Origin: an uncultured bacterium
Lineage (GTDB): Bacteria; Abyssobacteria; SURF-5
Reading direction: 5' to 3'
Assembly: GCA_964607485.1 (NCBI GenBank)
Contig: CAZSKP010000011.1
Location: forward strand, 69,727-127,648
DNA: 57,922 nucleotides
The notes beneath the pieces were generated by a model. That model was not told the DNA's origin. It saw only the letters and a program-made list of their open reading frames with translations, and did not search any database. Below are positions 19,826 through 30,308 of this stretch, in pieces. Made by a program: the position numbers and the translations under genes. How positions within the stretch are numbered: position 1 is the first letter of the stretch; each line of letters starts with the position of its first letter.

Positions 19826-20611
19826 ATGGAGAGTGTTCCGCGCACGTTGGGCCGCCGGATCATTTCCTACGCTAGCTTTGCCGGCCGCCTTTCTCTGTTC
19901 TGGTCCGACACGATGGCGAAAGCCGTCACGCCGCCTTTCTACTTCCTCGAGACCGTCCGGCAGATATACACCATCGGAGTCAGGTCGCTGCTGTTGACGA
20001 GCACGGTGGCGCTTTCGGTCGGGCTGGTGCTCGCAATGCAGACTATCGGCACGCTCCAAACCTTCGGGGCGGTGAACTACGTGTCGGTCGTCGTCGGGCT
20101 GGCGGTGGTGAAGGAACTCGGCCCCGTGCTCACCGCGCTGATGGTCGCGGGACGGGCCGGCTCCGGCATAAGCGCCGAGCTCGGCTCGATGAAGGTCACG
20201 CGCCAGATAGACGCGCTGACCGTCTCTGCCGTCAACCCGATGCGTTACCTCGTTGTCACGCGGGTGCTCGCCTGCATGGTCGCCGTGCCGCTCTTGACGG
20301 TAATCGCCGATGTGCTGGGCGTGCTCGGCGGATTGATAATCGGCGTGATGCAAGGCAACATAAGCTTTTACCTCTATCTGTCATATACGTTCAAGTATGT
20401 CGAGTTGGTAGACATTATTCCCGGGTTGTTGAAGACGGTTTTCTTCGGCATGCTGGTGGGCGTCGTGGCCAGCTACTACGGCTTCTCCACCACAGGCGGT
20501 ACCGAGGGAGTCGGCAACTCGACCAAGTCGAGCGTCGTCTCGTCCTCCCTGCTGATCATGATTTCGGATGTTATCCTCACTCGAATCCTGCTGTGGATCT
20601 TCGGAGGATGA
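19826..20611 (+). CDS. mlaE: MlaE-family ABC permease
   Basis: KELGPVLTALMVAGRAGS, AELGSM, QIDAL and GGTEGVG. Confidence 0.92.
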   Translation: MESVPRTLGRRIISYASFAGRLSLFWSDTMAKAVTPPFYFLETVRQIYTIGVRSLLLTSTVALSVGLVLAMQTIGTLQTFGAVNYVSVVVGLAVVKELGPVLTALMVAGRAGSGISAELGSMKVTRQIDALTVSAVNPMRYLVVTRVLACMVAVPLLTVIADVLGVLGGLIIGVMQGNISFYLYLSYTFKYVELVDIIPGLLKTVFFGMLVGVVASYYGFSTTGGTEGVGNSTKSSVVSSSLLIMISDVILTRILLWIFGG

Positions 20612-20658
20612 CGCGGAATATTCGGGCGCAGGGTTAACGCGTCCGATTGCTATAGACC

Positions 20659-21426
20659 ATGAATGAAACCCTTGAAGAGCAATCGCCCATAATCAGGATC
20701 GAGGGCCTGAGGCAAAGCTTCAACGGACAGGTCGTGCTCGACGGCGTGGACCTCGACATCTACGAGGGCGAAACCATCGTCATACTGGGCGGCAGCGGCA
20801 GCGGAAAGACAGTCCTGATGAGCCTGCTCGTCGGCCTGCTGGAGCCCGATTCGGGCCGCATCATCATTGACGGACAGGATACCTCTTCCTTTACTCGTGA
20901 CGACCAATGGGACGAGATCAGGCTCAAGATAGGCTTCCTGTTCCAAGGCTCGGCCCTTTACGACTCGATGACAATCGGCGAGAACATTTCCTTCGCCCTC
21001 GAAAACCATCGGAGCATGACAGCCGACGAATTGCGCGACATCGTGAGACAAAAGCTCGGCATGGTCGAACTCGAGGGCGTAGAAGACAAGATGCCGGCGG
21101 AGTTGAGCGGCGGAATGCAGAAGCGCGCGGCGCTCGCCCGCGCTATAGCATTCGACCCGCGCATCATCATCTACGACGAGCCGACGACGGGGCTCGACCC
21201 GATTCGGGGCAAAAACATCTCGGAGCTCATCGTCAGGCTCCAACGCGACCTCAGAGTCACCTCGATAGTCGTCACTCACGACCTGATATGCGCGAGCATC
21301 GTCGCCGACAGGCTCGCCCTCTTATATGAAGGGAGATTTCTGTTCGTCGGCACCATGGATGAGTTGCGCCGGAGCGAGAACGAATACGTCCACGAGTTTC
21401 TCGAGGCGAGTTCGCTTCGACGCTGA
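20659..21426 (+). CDS. mlaF: MlaF-family ABC ATPase
   Basis: GGSGSGKT, FQGSALYDS, LSGGMQKR, YDEPTTGLDP and VTHD. Confidence 0.92.
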   Translation: MNETLEEQSPIIRIEGLRQSFNGQVVLDGVDLDIYEGETIVILGGSGSGKTVLMSLLVGLLEPDSGRIIIDGQDTSSFTRDDQWDEIRLKIGFLFQGSALYDSMTIGENISFALENHRSMTADELRDIVRQKLGMVELEGVEDKMPAELSGGMQKRAALARAIAFDPRIIIYDEPTTGLDPIRGKNISELIVRLQRDLRVTSIVVTHDLICASIVADRLALLYEGRFLFVGTMDELRRSENEYVHEFLEASSLRR

Positions 21427-21480
21427 AGTCGAAACAATTGCGGGTCCCCGGCTCCGTACAAAAGTGGGAGGTTGGAGTAC

Positions 21481-22542
21481 ATGCCAAGGCGGAGAGGAAC
21501 GACAGAGACAATAGTAGGCGTGTTCGTGCTGGCGTCGCTCGCGCTGCTTCTCGCCATTGTCGTCTTCATAGGCAGACGGCAGAACATATTCGAGAGGCGG
21601 TACGAAATCACGGGAGTGTTCGACTCCGTGGGCGGCCTGCAAGCCGGCGCCGAGGTGCACCTGGCGGGCATCAACGTGGGCTACGTCAAGAACATCAAGT
21701 TCGGCCCAAGCAGCAGAGTGGACGTGGTGATGAGCATCAGCACGAGGCAGATGAAAAGGATTCGCTCCGACTCGGTGGCCTCCATAAGGACGATGGGGCT
21801 GATGGGCGACCGCTACGTCGAGATCACCGTGGGTTCCGAGGACGAACCGGTGATCTCAGGAGGAGGGACCATCAAGACGGCGGAACTCTTCGAGCTGACC
21901 GAGCTGCTCGAAGCCGCGAGGCCCACGATCGGTAACTTCGAGAACGCAATCAAGAATATATCGCTGCTCACCGACCAGCTCGCCGACCCCACCGGCGAGG
22001 TTGGCACAATCCTCGAAAACGTGAAGGTCCTGACAACCGACGTGCGCGAGGGCCGGGGCACCTTGGGCGCGCTGCTCACGCGGGACGACATCTACCAAAA
22101 GACCTCGGGCGTGCTCGACACAACGCAGGAGACCATGGAAAACTTCAAGGAGGTGTCGAACAACGCAAAGACGGCCTCGGACGAACTGCCGGGCATAATG
22201 GCCGACGCCGGAGACTCCGTTCGCAAATTCGGCACCTTCTCCGACAAAGCCGCGGAGGCTGCGGCAGGCGTGTCGAAGGCCGTCGACACCGGCCAGGAAG
22301 TCATGGACGAAGCGAAAACAGTCGTGTTGAACCTCAAGTCGGCATCGGAGAACGTAAAGGAGGCAACCCAGAAGGTAGGCCCGCTCATCGAATCGGCTGA
22401 TGAGGGAATCGGCGAGGCGAGGAAGGTCGTGGAGGCCGCGAAACGAAGCTGGCTCATCCGGGGCTACTTCGAGCCGGCCGTCCCCGGCGAGCCGATCGCG
22501 GTCAGCGGGCGCGACGTCGCTCAACCGGAGGTGAGCCAATGA
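21481..22542 (+). CDS. mlaD: MlaD/MCE-domain protein with a long helical extension
   Basis: N-terminal TM, GLQAGAEVHLAGINVG, GLMGDRYVEI and GRGTLGALL. Confidence 0.9.
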   Translation: MPRRRGTTETIVGVFVLASLALLLAIVVFIGRRQNIFERRYEITGVFDSVGGLQAGAEVHLAGINVGYVKNIKFGPSSRVDVVMSISTRQMKRIRSDSVASIRTMGLMGDRYVEITVGSEDEPVISGGGTIKTAELFELTELLEAARPTIGNFENAIKNISLLTDQLADPTGEVGTILENVKVLTTDVREGRGTLGALLTRDDIYQKTSGVLDTTQETMENFKEVSNNAKTASDELPGIMADAGDSVRKFGTFSDKAAEAAAGVSKAVDTGQEVMDEAKTVVLNLKSASENVKEATQKVGPLIESADEGIGEARKVVEAAKRSWLIRGYFEPAVPGEPIAVSGRDVAQPEVSQ

Positions 22543-23576
22543 GGATGGCGGACAATGGGATCGCAAGTGGGTGGAGCAACCGAAGGGCGGCTTTCCTGTG
22601 CATCGTGTTCCTGTCAGCCGTGATGGTTGCCGCATGCGCGCGTACCGTCTCCCCTCCCACACGCACCGAGCGAGCCGGCGAGTTGCTTCGCCTTGGCATG
22701 AAGCAAGATCAAGAGGGCGATTACAAGACCGCATTAATCAGGTACCAGGAGGCGCTCGAGACCAGCGCCTCGGTGGATTACCAGAAAGGGGTCGCCGACG
22801 CCCTCAACAACATCGGCGCGGTTCAACTGAGACAGGGGTACTACGAAGAGGCGCTGGTGAACTTCAACGGCGCGCTCGAGACATATCGGAGCCTCAACGA
22901 CGGTAAGGGCATCGCCACGACACTGCTGAACATGGGCTTGGTTCACTCGGCCACTCATGATAACGAAAAGGCAATCGAGTACTACGAAGCGGCCATGGAG
23001 TCGGCCCGCGCGAACAAGGCGAAAGCCATCGAGGCCAAGGCCCTGAACAATCTCGGCCTCCTGCTGAGGGAAACGGGCGACGTGAAAAGGGCACGCGAGC
23101 TTTACGAACGCTCGCTCGCGATAAACCAGAGCGAGGATAAACGCGCCGCCGCGGCGGACAACCTGAACAACCTCGGAACGCTCGCGCTGTCTGCGGGGGA
23201 CGCCGACGCGGCCATAGACTACTACGGACGCGCGCTCGAGATAGACAAAAAGCTCGAAATCCCCGAGGCCATCGCGCTCGACCTTTCTAATATCGCGTCG
23301 GCGCACTACGCGAAGCAAGACTATCCGTCCGCCATCGACTACTACGGACGCGCGCTCGTAATCTTCGACTTTACCTCCAACCACAGGCGTGTCGCCGAGA
23401 CACTCTACTACATCGGGTTGGCCAGCGAGAAGGCGGGCGATACCAGCCGGGCGAGGGAAAGCTACAACTCGGCGCACGACGTCGCCACGGCGGCGGGAAT
23501 GCAGGAGCTTGCAGAAAAGGCCCGCTCGAAGCTCGACGAACTCGCGCCGCCTGCCGGCTCTCCGACGAGCGAATGA
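22539..23576 (+). CDS. TPR-repeat putative lipoprotein
   Basis: Lipobox-like VAAC and repeated 40-aa units (ALNNIG, LLNMG, LNNLG). Confidence 0.82.
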   Translation: MRMADNGIASGWSNRRAAFLCIVFLSAVMVAACARTVSPPTRTERAGELLRLGMKQDQEGDYKTALIRYQEALETSASVDYQKGVADALNNIGAVQLRQGYYEEALVNFNGALETYRSLNDGKGIATTLLNMGLVHSATHDNEKAIEYYEAAMESARANKAKAIEAKALNNLGLLLRETGDVKRARELYERSLAINQSEDKRAAAADNLNNLGTLALSAGDADAAIDYYGRALEIDKKLEIPEAIALDLSNIASAHYAKQDYPSAIDYYGRALVIFDFTSNHRRVAETLYYIGLASEKAGDTSRARESYNSAHDVATAAGMQELAEKARSKLDELAPPAGSPTSE

Positions 23577-23594
23577 CCCGGCCGCGCATCGGGT

Positions 23595-24473
23595 TCAAGA
23601 AGAGGTCAGTCTGCGCCAGGCGTGGGGCAGGCACAGCGTCATATCGCCCGCCACCATTCCCCAGGAAGAAAAGCGTTCGGCGGCGATATCGCCCGCGAGC
23701 CCATGCAGGTATGTCCCCAGTATCGCTGCGTTGCGCGCCTCGAGACGCTGGCACAAGAGCGCCGCAAGGATGCCCGTCAGCACATCGCCGCTACCGGCGG
23801 TGGACATGCCCGAGTTTCCCGTCGTGTTGACGAACACGGCGCCGTCGGTCGTCGCAACGAGCGAGGGCGCTCCCTTCAGGATGAGCTCGACCTGCCATTT
23901 CATCGCGTGGGCGAGGGCTACCCCTTCGCGGTCGCGCTGTATGTCGGGTATCGACATACCGGTCAGCCGCGACATCTCGCCCGGATGAGGAGAGACGATC
24001 GTCGGCCTGCCGCGAGAACTGAGGACTCCGGGATTGCCCGCGAGCGCGTTGAGACCGTCGGCGTCGATGACCATCGGGAGGTCGATCTCCTTGACGAGCC
24101 TGCGCACGAGCCGCTGCGTCTCGAAGTCGGTGGAAAGCCCCGGCCCCAGCGCCACGACGCTCATCTTGCCCGCCAGCTCCGCTATCTCGTCGAAGGCGCG
24201 AAGACTCAAGCTGCCGGCGGTCGTTTCGGACAGCGGACGTGTCATCGTCTCGGTCAGGCGAGCCTCCATCGCGATGTTGAGCGACCGGGGCAGGCCGAGC
24301 GTGACCATGCCCGCCCCCGCGCGCAGGGCCGACTCGCACGTGAGAGCGGCGGCCCCCGTGAGACCGGTTGACCCAGCGATAACGAGCAGGTAGCCGTACG
24401 TCCCCTTGTGCGAATGCTTCGGGCGCGGTGGAACCAGCGACCGGGCAAGCTCGTGGGTAACGGGTTCGGTCAT
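23595..24473 (-). CDS. nnrD: ADP-dependent NAD(P)H-hydrate dehydratase (stand-alone)
   Basis: HKGTYG, GAAAL, GPGL, DADGLN, PHPGEM, LKGA and AGSGDVLTG. Confidence 0.92.
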   Translation of the reverse strand: MTEPVTHELARSLVPPRPKHSHKGTYGYLLVIAGSTGLTGAAALTCESALRAGAGMVTLGLPRSLNIAMEARLTETMTRPLSETTAGSLSLRAFDEIAELAGKMSVVALGPGLSTDFETQRLVRRLVKEIDLPMVIDADGLNALAGNPGVLSSRGRPTIVSPHPGEMSRLTGMSIPDIQRDREGVALAHAMKWQVELILKGAPSLVATTDGAVFVNTTGNSGMSTAGSGDVLTGILAALLCQRLEARNAAILGTYLHGLAGDIAAERFSSWGMVAGDMTLCLPHAWRRLTSS

Positions 24474-25183
24474 CTCAGCAACTCAAGCATTTCGCGAACG
24501 GCTCGGTCGAGGCCGACGAGCACCGCGCGCGCGACGATGTTGTGGCCGATGTTGACCTCGTGGAGCTTGGGGATTTGCTTGATCGGGATGATGTTTCGGT
24601 ATGTGAGCCCGTGGCCGGCGTGAACGCGGAGCCCTCGGGTCGCGGCCTCGCGGCCGGCCTTTATCAGCCTCTTGAGCTCAGCCGACTGCGCCGCTTCGGT
24701 CGAGGCGTTCGCATATGTGCCAGTATGCAGCTCAACGGCGTCGGCTCCGGCGCGTTCGGAGGCCGCAATCTGCTCGCGGTCGGCTTCGACGAACAGGCTC
24801 ACGGGAATATTGACCGCCTTCAGCCGTCCGACGGCGTCGGCGACCTGTTCGGCGTTCGAGGCGACGTCCAGCCCGCCCTCGGTCGTGAGCTCCTCTCGTT
24901 TCTCGGGAACGAGCGTGACCTGGTCGGGCCTCACGTCGAGGGCGATGCCGACCATCTCCTCCGTCGCGGCCATCTCGAGGTTGAGCTTCGTCTTCACAAT
25001 TTTTCGGAGCAGATGAAGGTCGCGGTCCTGAATGTGCCGGCGGTCGCCCCGCAGATGGATGGTTATGCCGTGCGCTCCTGCAAGCTCGCAGATGACCGCC
25101 GCCGCCACCGGGTCGGGCTCGATGTCGCGGCGGGCCTGCCTGACGGTTGCGACGTGGTCGATGTTCACACCAAGATGTATCAT
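24470..25183 (-). CDS. pdxJ: Pyridoxine 5'-phosphate synthase
   Basis: [34 protein letters not shown] and NIGH. Confidence 0.96.
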   Translation of the reverse strand: MIHLGVNIDHVATVRQARRDIEPDPVAAAVICELAGAHGITIHLRGDRRHIQDRDLHLLRKIVKTKLNLEMAATEEMVGIALDVRPDQVTLVPEKREELTTEGGLDVASNAEQVADAVGRLKAVNIPVSLFVEADREQIAASERAGADAVELHTGTYANASTEAAQSAELKRLIKAGREAATRGLRVHAGHGLTYRNIIPIKQIPKLHEVNIGHNIVARAVLVGLDRAVREMLELLR

Positions 25184-25217
25184 GATGTTCGCTCCAGATG
25201 ATTTAGTCCGTTATAAT

Positions 25218-25245
25218 GTAGGGACGGTTCGCGAACCGCCCCTAC
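25218..25245. repeat. GTAG-type REP palindrome between glmM and pdxJ
   Basis: GTAGGGACGGTTCGCGAACCGCCCCTAC, a near-perfect palindrome. Confidence 0.75.
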
Positions 25246-25270
25246 AGCCATTTTGCGGGCAGCGATCGTC

Positions 25271-26620
25271 TCAGCCCAGCTCTTCGCGGATAACGGCTGC
25301 TACGGATTCCGAGAGGTCGGTTATCTCGCGCTCGTCCTCTCCCTCGACCATGACTCGCGCGACGGGCTCGGTGCCCGAATATCTCACGAGAATCCTGCCC
25401 GATTCGCCGAGCTTTCCCTTCGCAAGCTCTATTTGTTCTTGTATGCGCGGGACGTTTTCCAGCGGTTCCTTGCGCCCGACGGTTACGTTCACCAGCGCCT
25501 GGGGGAAGCGCGTCATGCACGCCGCGAGCTCCTTCAAGGACTTTCCCGTTTTCTGCATAAGCGCGAGAACCTGCAGGGCCGTAATCATTCCGTCGCCCGT
25601 TGTGTTGTAGTCGAGGAAGACGATGTGGCCCGATTGTTCTCCTCCCACGGTGTACCTTCCGCGCAGCATCTCCTCGACAACGTACCGGTCGCCCACCTGG
25701 GTTCTCACGACGCGCCCTCCGGCACGCTTGATGGCGTGGTCGAGGCCCAGGTTGCTCATCACTGTGGTGACGAGCGTGTTTTGCGCGAGCGACTTTTCCT
25801 TTATCATATCTGTCGCGCACATGGCCATTATCTGGTCGCCGTCAACGTATGCGCCGTCCTCGTCCGCCATGACGACCCTGTCGGCGTCGCCGTCGAACGC
25901 GATGCCCACGTTCGCCTTCTGCCTCTTCATCTCTGCGCACATCTGTTCGGGGTGGACCGAGCCGCAGTCCTTGTTGATGTTGGTTCCGTCGGGCTTCGCG
26001 TTTATTGCGATGATGCTGGCGCCGAGCTCGGAGAGGACGCTGGGCGCGACTTTGTACGTTGCGCCGTTCGCGCAATCGACGACGATGCGCATGCCGTCGA
26101 ACGTCATCCCTTTGGGTATCGAGGTCTTGACGAACTCAATGTACCGTCCGACGGCGTCGTCTATCCTGAAGGCCTTGCCGACCTTGTGGGCCGTGGGACG
26201 TATGTGGTCTATCTCGCCCGATGAGATGAGGTCCTCCATCCGCTCTTCGATTTCGTCGGGGAGCTTGAACCCGGTGCGTGAGAAGAACTTTATTCCGTTA
26301 TCCTCATAGGAATTGTGCGAGGCCGAGATGACGACGCCGGCGTCGGCTCTCAGGCTGCGGGTGATGAGCGCAACCGCCGGCGTGGGCATCGGGCCAACCA
26401 ACAGGGTATCCACTCCCATCGAGCAGATGCCGGCGACGAGCGCGCTCTCTATCATGTAGCCGGAGAGCCGGGTATCCTTGCCTATGAGAATCCTGTGCCG
26501 CCTGTCGTCCTGCTGAAACACATGCCCCGCCGCGCGACCGAGCTTGAGCGCCGTCTCGCACGTCATCGGCTCCATATTCGCGACGCCTCGTATTCCGTCG
26601 GTTCCGAAAAGCTTGCGCAT
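25271..26620 (-). CDS. glmM: Phosphoglucosamine mutase
   Basis: [28 protein letters not shown] and RYSGTEP. Confidence 0.96.
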   Translation of the reverse strand: MRKLFGTDGIRGVANMEPMTCETALKLGRAAGHVFQQDDRRHRILIGKDTRLSGYMIESALVAGICSMGVDTLLVGPMPTPAVALITRSLRADAGVVISASHNSYEDNGIKFFSRTGFKLPDEIEERMEDLISSGEIDHIRPTAHKVGKAFRIDDAVGRYIEFVKTSIPKGMTFDGMRIVVDCANGATYKVAPSVLSELGASIIAINAKPDGTNINKDCGSVHPEQMCAEMKRQKANVGIAFDGDADRVVMADEDGAYVDGDQIMAMCATDMIKEKSLAQNTLVTTVMSNLGLDHAIKRAGGRVVRTQVGDRYVVEEMLRGRYTVGGEQSGHIVFLDYNTTGDGMITALQVLALMQKTGKSLKELAACMTRFPQALVNVTVGRKEPLENVPRIQEQIELAKGKLGESGRILVRYSGTEPVARVMVEGEDEREITDLSESVAAVIREELG

Positions 26621-26648
26621 CTCCCTTTACCCCTGCCCGTTCATCTTT

Positions 26649-27845
26649 TCAATCCCATTTTTTGCCCATGATGGCGTCGGTCATCTTGGCGACGAGCGCC
26701 ATCTGCTTCACGTCGTGGACCCGTACGATGTGGGCCCCGTTTACAATCGAGACGGCCACTGCCGCTGCCGTGCCTTCCACTCTGTCGTGCGCCTCTTTGT
26801 CGAGCACCTTTCCTATCGTCGATTTGCGGGAGGGCCCGACGAGGATGGGCCTGCCGAGCGCCTTGAGCTGGGCAAGTCCCCGCAGTATCTCGAGGTTATG
26901 CTCGACGGTCTTGCCGAAGCCGACGCCAGGGTCGACGATTATGTGTTCGAGCCCCACCCCTTCCTCCAATGCGAAGTCGATCCGTTCCCGAAGAAAGGAA
27001 ACGACCTCGGGCATCAGCGCGTCGTAGTGGGGATTTTGCTGCATGTTCTTCGGCGTGCCCCGCATGTGCATGAGTATCGCCGGACATCCGCTCTCGCGGA
27101 CGACCTTTATCATCTCCGCGTCGAAACGGAGAGCGCTGATGTCGTTGACCATCTGCGCGCCCGCGTCGAGCGCGCGCCTCGCAATTTCGGCCTTGCACGT
27201 GTCTATGGAGATAGGCACCGCGAGTTTCTTCGCAAGGTGTTCCACCACGGGCAACACGCGCTTCGCCTCTTCCTCGACCGGTACCGGCTCGGCGCTGGGG
27301 CGGGTGGATTCTCCGCCCACATCGATTATGTCGGCGCCTTCCTCGGCCATCTTTTCGCCATGCGCGACCGCCGCGTCGAAGTTGTGGAAGCGGCCTCCGT
27401 CGGAAAAGGAATCGGGAGTCACGTTGAGGATGCCCATGATTTTCGTGCGCCCGCCCAGCTCGATGGCGCCGCTCCGAAGGTTCAGCGTGAATCGGTCCGA
27501 CGAGTAGCGCCGAACAGCGGCAACGAAATCTTCGCAGCCGAGCGCCGTCTCCTCTCCGGCGCCAGGCTGTCGTTCGCAGAGCTCCTTTTGAGAGCCGATG
27601 TATGCGCAAAAGTCGGTTCCGCCCGCCTTGAAGACGCACACGATTCCGTTGGAATCACGTGCGACGTGTTCGAGGTATCGGACTTCCTCGGCCGATGGTT
27701 TCTCGACGGTGAACACGCCCACGCGTGAGCTGTCGAGAATCGGCACGATGGTGGAGCGGGCATTCGACGGGAGCCACCGCGGTGGCTCGGAGATTTCTCC
27801 GAGGTAAGCCAGGCGGCGGCCGGGAAGCGGGTCAGTCCTGCTCAT
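26649..27845 (-). CDS. folP: Dihydropteroate synthase with an N-terminal extension of about 130 aa
   Basis: MGILNVTPDSFSDGG, GGESTRP, DPGVGFGK, SRKS and RVHDV. Confidence 0.94.
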   Translation of the reverse strand: MSRTDPLPGRRLAYLGEISEPPRWLPSNARSTIVPILDSSRVGVFTVEKPSAEEVRYLEHVARDSNGIVCVFKAGGTDFCAYIGSQKELCERQPGAGEETALGCEDFVAAVRRYSSDRFTLNLRSGAIELGGRTKIMGILNVTPDSFSDGGRFHNFDAAVAHGEKMAEEGADIIDVGGESTRPSAEPVPVEEEAKRVLPVVEHLAKKLAVPISIDTCKAEIARRALDAGAQMVNDISALRFDAEMIKVVRESGCPAILMHMRGTPKNMQQNPHYDALMPEVVSFLRERIDFALEEGVGLEHIIVDPGVGFGKTVEHNLEILRGLAQLKALGRPILVGPSRKSTIGKVLDKEAHDRVEGTAAAVAVSIVNGAHIVRVHDVKQMALVAKMTDAIMGKKWD

Positions 27846-29655
27846 TGAGGATGTCTTCTAACTTGTTTCCCTCTATGACCTCGAGCTCTGTGAGCTTGGT
27901 GGCGAGTTTCTCCAGTTTGTCGCGGTTCTCGACGAGCAGCTTCTTGGCGCGCTCGTGACAATCTTCGACGATATGCCGGATCTCTTTATCTATCTCGGCG
28001 GCTATTTCCTCGCTGAAGTTGCGCTCCTTCAGGATGTCGCGGCCGAGGAACACCTCGTCGTTTTCGCCGAAGGAAATGGGCCCGAGTTTCTCGCTCATTC
28101 CCCACTCACACACCATTCTCCGGGCCAGTTGGGTCGCATTCTTTATGTCGTTGCCGGCGCCGTTGGTTATGTCCTTCATGATGATCTCTTCGGCGGCGCG
28201 TCCGCCCATCATCATTGTGATGATGTTGCGTATGTAATTGCTCGAGTATGTGTGTCTGTCCTCGAGCGGGAGGTGCTGTGTGAGCCCCAGCGCTCGTCCG
28301 CGGGGGATTATCGTCACCTTATGCAGCGGGTCCATGCCCGGAAGCAGGTGCCCCACGAGCGCATGGCCGGCCTCGTGGTAGGCGGTGTTTCGCTTTTCAT
28401 CCTCGCTGATGAACATGCTCTTTCGCTCGGGCCCCATCAGCACCCTGTCCTTGGCCTCCTCGAAATCCTGCATGGCGACGAGCTCTTTGCTCCTTCGCGC
28501 GGCCAGCAGGGCGGCCTCGTTGACCATGTTCGCCAGGTCGGCGCCCGAGAAGCCCGGCGTGCCCCTGGCCAGCACCCGTAGGTCAACGCCGGGGTCGACG
28601 GGGATGTTGCGGGTATGCACCTTGAGGATTCCCTCGCGCCCGAATATGTCCGGGTTGTCAACGACGATGGAGCGGTCGAACCGGCCTGGCCGCAAGAGCG
28701 CCTTGTCGAGCACGTCCGGCCTGTTGGTGGCAGCCATCAGGATGACGCCCTCGTTGCTGTTGAAGCCGTCCATCTCGACCAATAGCTGATTCAACGTCTG
28801 CTCGCGCTCGTCGTGGCCGCCTCCCAGCCCGGCCCCGCGCTGACGGCCGACGGCGTCCAGCTCGTCGATGAAGATGATGCATGGAGCGTGCTTGATGCCG
28901 GTGGCGAACAGGTCGCGCACGCGCGCGGCCCCCACGCCGACGAACATCTCGACGAAATCGGACCCGCTGATGCTGAAGAAGGGCACCTTCGCCTCACCCG
29001 CGACCGCTCGTGCAAGCAGCGTTTTGCCCGCGCCGGGCGGTCCCATGAGGAGGACACCCTTCGGAATCTTGCCGCCGAGGCGAGTGAACCTCTTGGGGTC
29101 CTTCAGGAACTCAATTATTTCCTCGAGCTCTTCCTTGGCCTCTTCCACGCCTGCGACATCGTCAAAGGTGACCTTCGTCTGCGATTGCGAATGCAACCGG
29201 GCGCGGCTCTTACCGAATGAAAGCGCCTTGTTGCCCCCGGCCTGCATCTGCCGGTAGGCGAAATACCAGATGAGCAGGATTATCAAAGCAAAGGGCAGTA
29301 TCTGAATGAGGATGGTCTGAAGCAGCTTGGGAGAAAACGGTTTCTCGGAATACTGCACGTTGTTTTGTTTCAATATATCATGGAGTTCGGGGTCCGTGGT
29401 GAACGTTTCGAAGGGACGATTCCCCGTCAGTTCACCCTTCAGGGTGACGCCTGAGTCGATGCCGGTGGCCTCGTTGGCCTGAAGGCTCACCTTTGTGACC
29501 TGACCATTCTTCACATAGTCCAGAAACTCCGCATAGGTGATCTTTTCGGGCGGAGTCTGCTTGTTTTCCCGGAAGAGGAGTATCGTGACCAGGAGGACTC
29601 CCATGACGACCCAGAAGGCCACGGTTTTGTACTTATTTGCATTCATCCACTTCAC
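27832..29655 (-). CDS. ftsH: ATP-dependent zinc metalloprotease FtsH
   Basis: Two TM segments, [14 protein letters not shown], the SRH motif and HEAGH. Confidence 0.97.
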   Translation of the reverse strand: MKWMNANKYKTVAFWVVMGVLLVTILLFRENKQTPPEKITYAEFLDYVKNGQVTKVSLQANEATGIDSGVTLKGELTGNRPFETFTTDPELHDILKQNNVQYSEKPFSPKLLQTILIQILPFALIILLIWYFAYRQMQAGGNKALSFGKSRARLHSQSQTKVTFDDVAGVEEAKEELEEIIEFLKDPKRFTRLGGKIPKGVLLMGPPGAGKTLLARAVAGEAKVPFFSISGSDFVEMFVGVGAARVRDLFATGIKHAPCIIFIDELDAVGRQRGAGLGGGHDEREQTLNQLLVEMDGFNSNEGVILMAATNRPDVLDKALLRPGRFDRSIVVDNPDIFGREGILKVHTRNIPVDPGVDLRVLARGTPGFSGADLANMVNEAALLAARRSKELVAMQDFEEAKDRVLMGPERKSMFISEDEKRNTAYHEAGHALVGHLLPGMDPLHKVTIIPRGRALGLTQHLPLEDRHTYSSNYIRNIITMMMGGRAAEEIIMKDITNGAGNDIKNATQLARRMVCEWGMSEKLGPISFGENDEVFLGRDILKERNFSEEIAAEIDKEIRHIVEDCHERAKKLLVENRDKLEKLATKLTELEVIEGNKLEDILNEQD

Positions 29656-29783
29656 AACCTTATGCTATGAAATTCCTCTCCGACGCCATTTCGTGCCATG
29701 GCGAGAATAATGTTTTCCCCTTAATATTAGCACAAAACGGCCAAAATAACAACCGCTCTGACGCCTTCGGGACAACGGCGTGA

Positions 29784-30308
29784 TCACGTCGCAAATACAC
29801 ATATATCCTGCAATTGGCGATATCTCTCCCGATGGTCCAGACCGTATCCGACCACAAACTTGTCGGGTATCGTGAAGCCCACATAATCGGGCCTTATCAA
29901 TTCCGTCCGTCTCTGGGAAGGCTTGTCGAGCAGCGTGCATAGTTTCAGGCTCGCGGGCTCGCGCACCGTGAGGTAATTTGTTAGGGCGCGATACGTAAGG
30001 CCGGTGTCGATGATGTCTTCGACGATGAGAACATCTTTGCCGCTGATGGTTGTGGAAAACACCGGCGAGATGTTCACGCTGCCCTTGGTGCTGTGCCCGT
30101 GATAGCTCGAGGCGGCGATGAAGTCGAGTCCGGCCGCCACCTGAAGGTTCCGGATGAGGTCGGCGAAGAAGACGACCGCTCCCTTGAGCACGCATATCAA
30201 CAGGAGGTTCCGTCCTTTGTAATCCCGGGAGATGGCGTCGGCCAGCTCCTCGACGCGCTCAGAAATTTGCTTCCTGCTCAGGAGAACTTCCAAACGTTCG
30301 TTTTTCAT
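29784..30308 (-). CDS. hpt: Hypoxanthine phosphoribosyltransferase
   Basis: VLKGA, VEDIIDTGLT and FVVGYGLD. Confidence 0.95.
   Translation of the reverse strand: MKNERLEVLLSRKQISERVEELADAISRDYKGRNLLLICVLKGAVVFFADLIRNLQVAAGLDFIAASSYHGHSTKGSVNISPVFSTTISGKDVLIVEDIIDTGLTYRALTNYLTVREPASLKLCTLLDKPSQRRTELIRPDYVGFTIPDKFVVGYGLDHRERYRQLQDICVFAT

Noticed and set aside
23211..23358. Two near-identical 28-nt direct repeats (GCCATxGACTACTACGGACGCGCGCTCG) 120 nt apart, suggesting CRISPR
   Set aside because: Only two copies, in frame inside the TPR gene at exactly one 40-aa repeat period. No cas genes.
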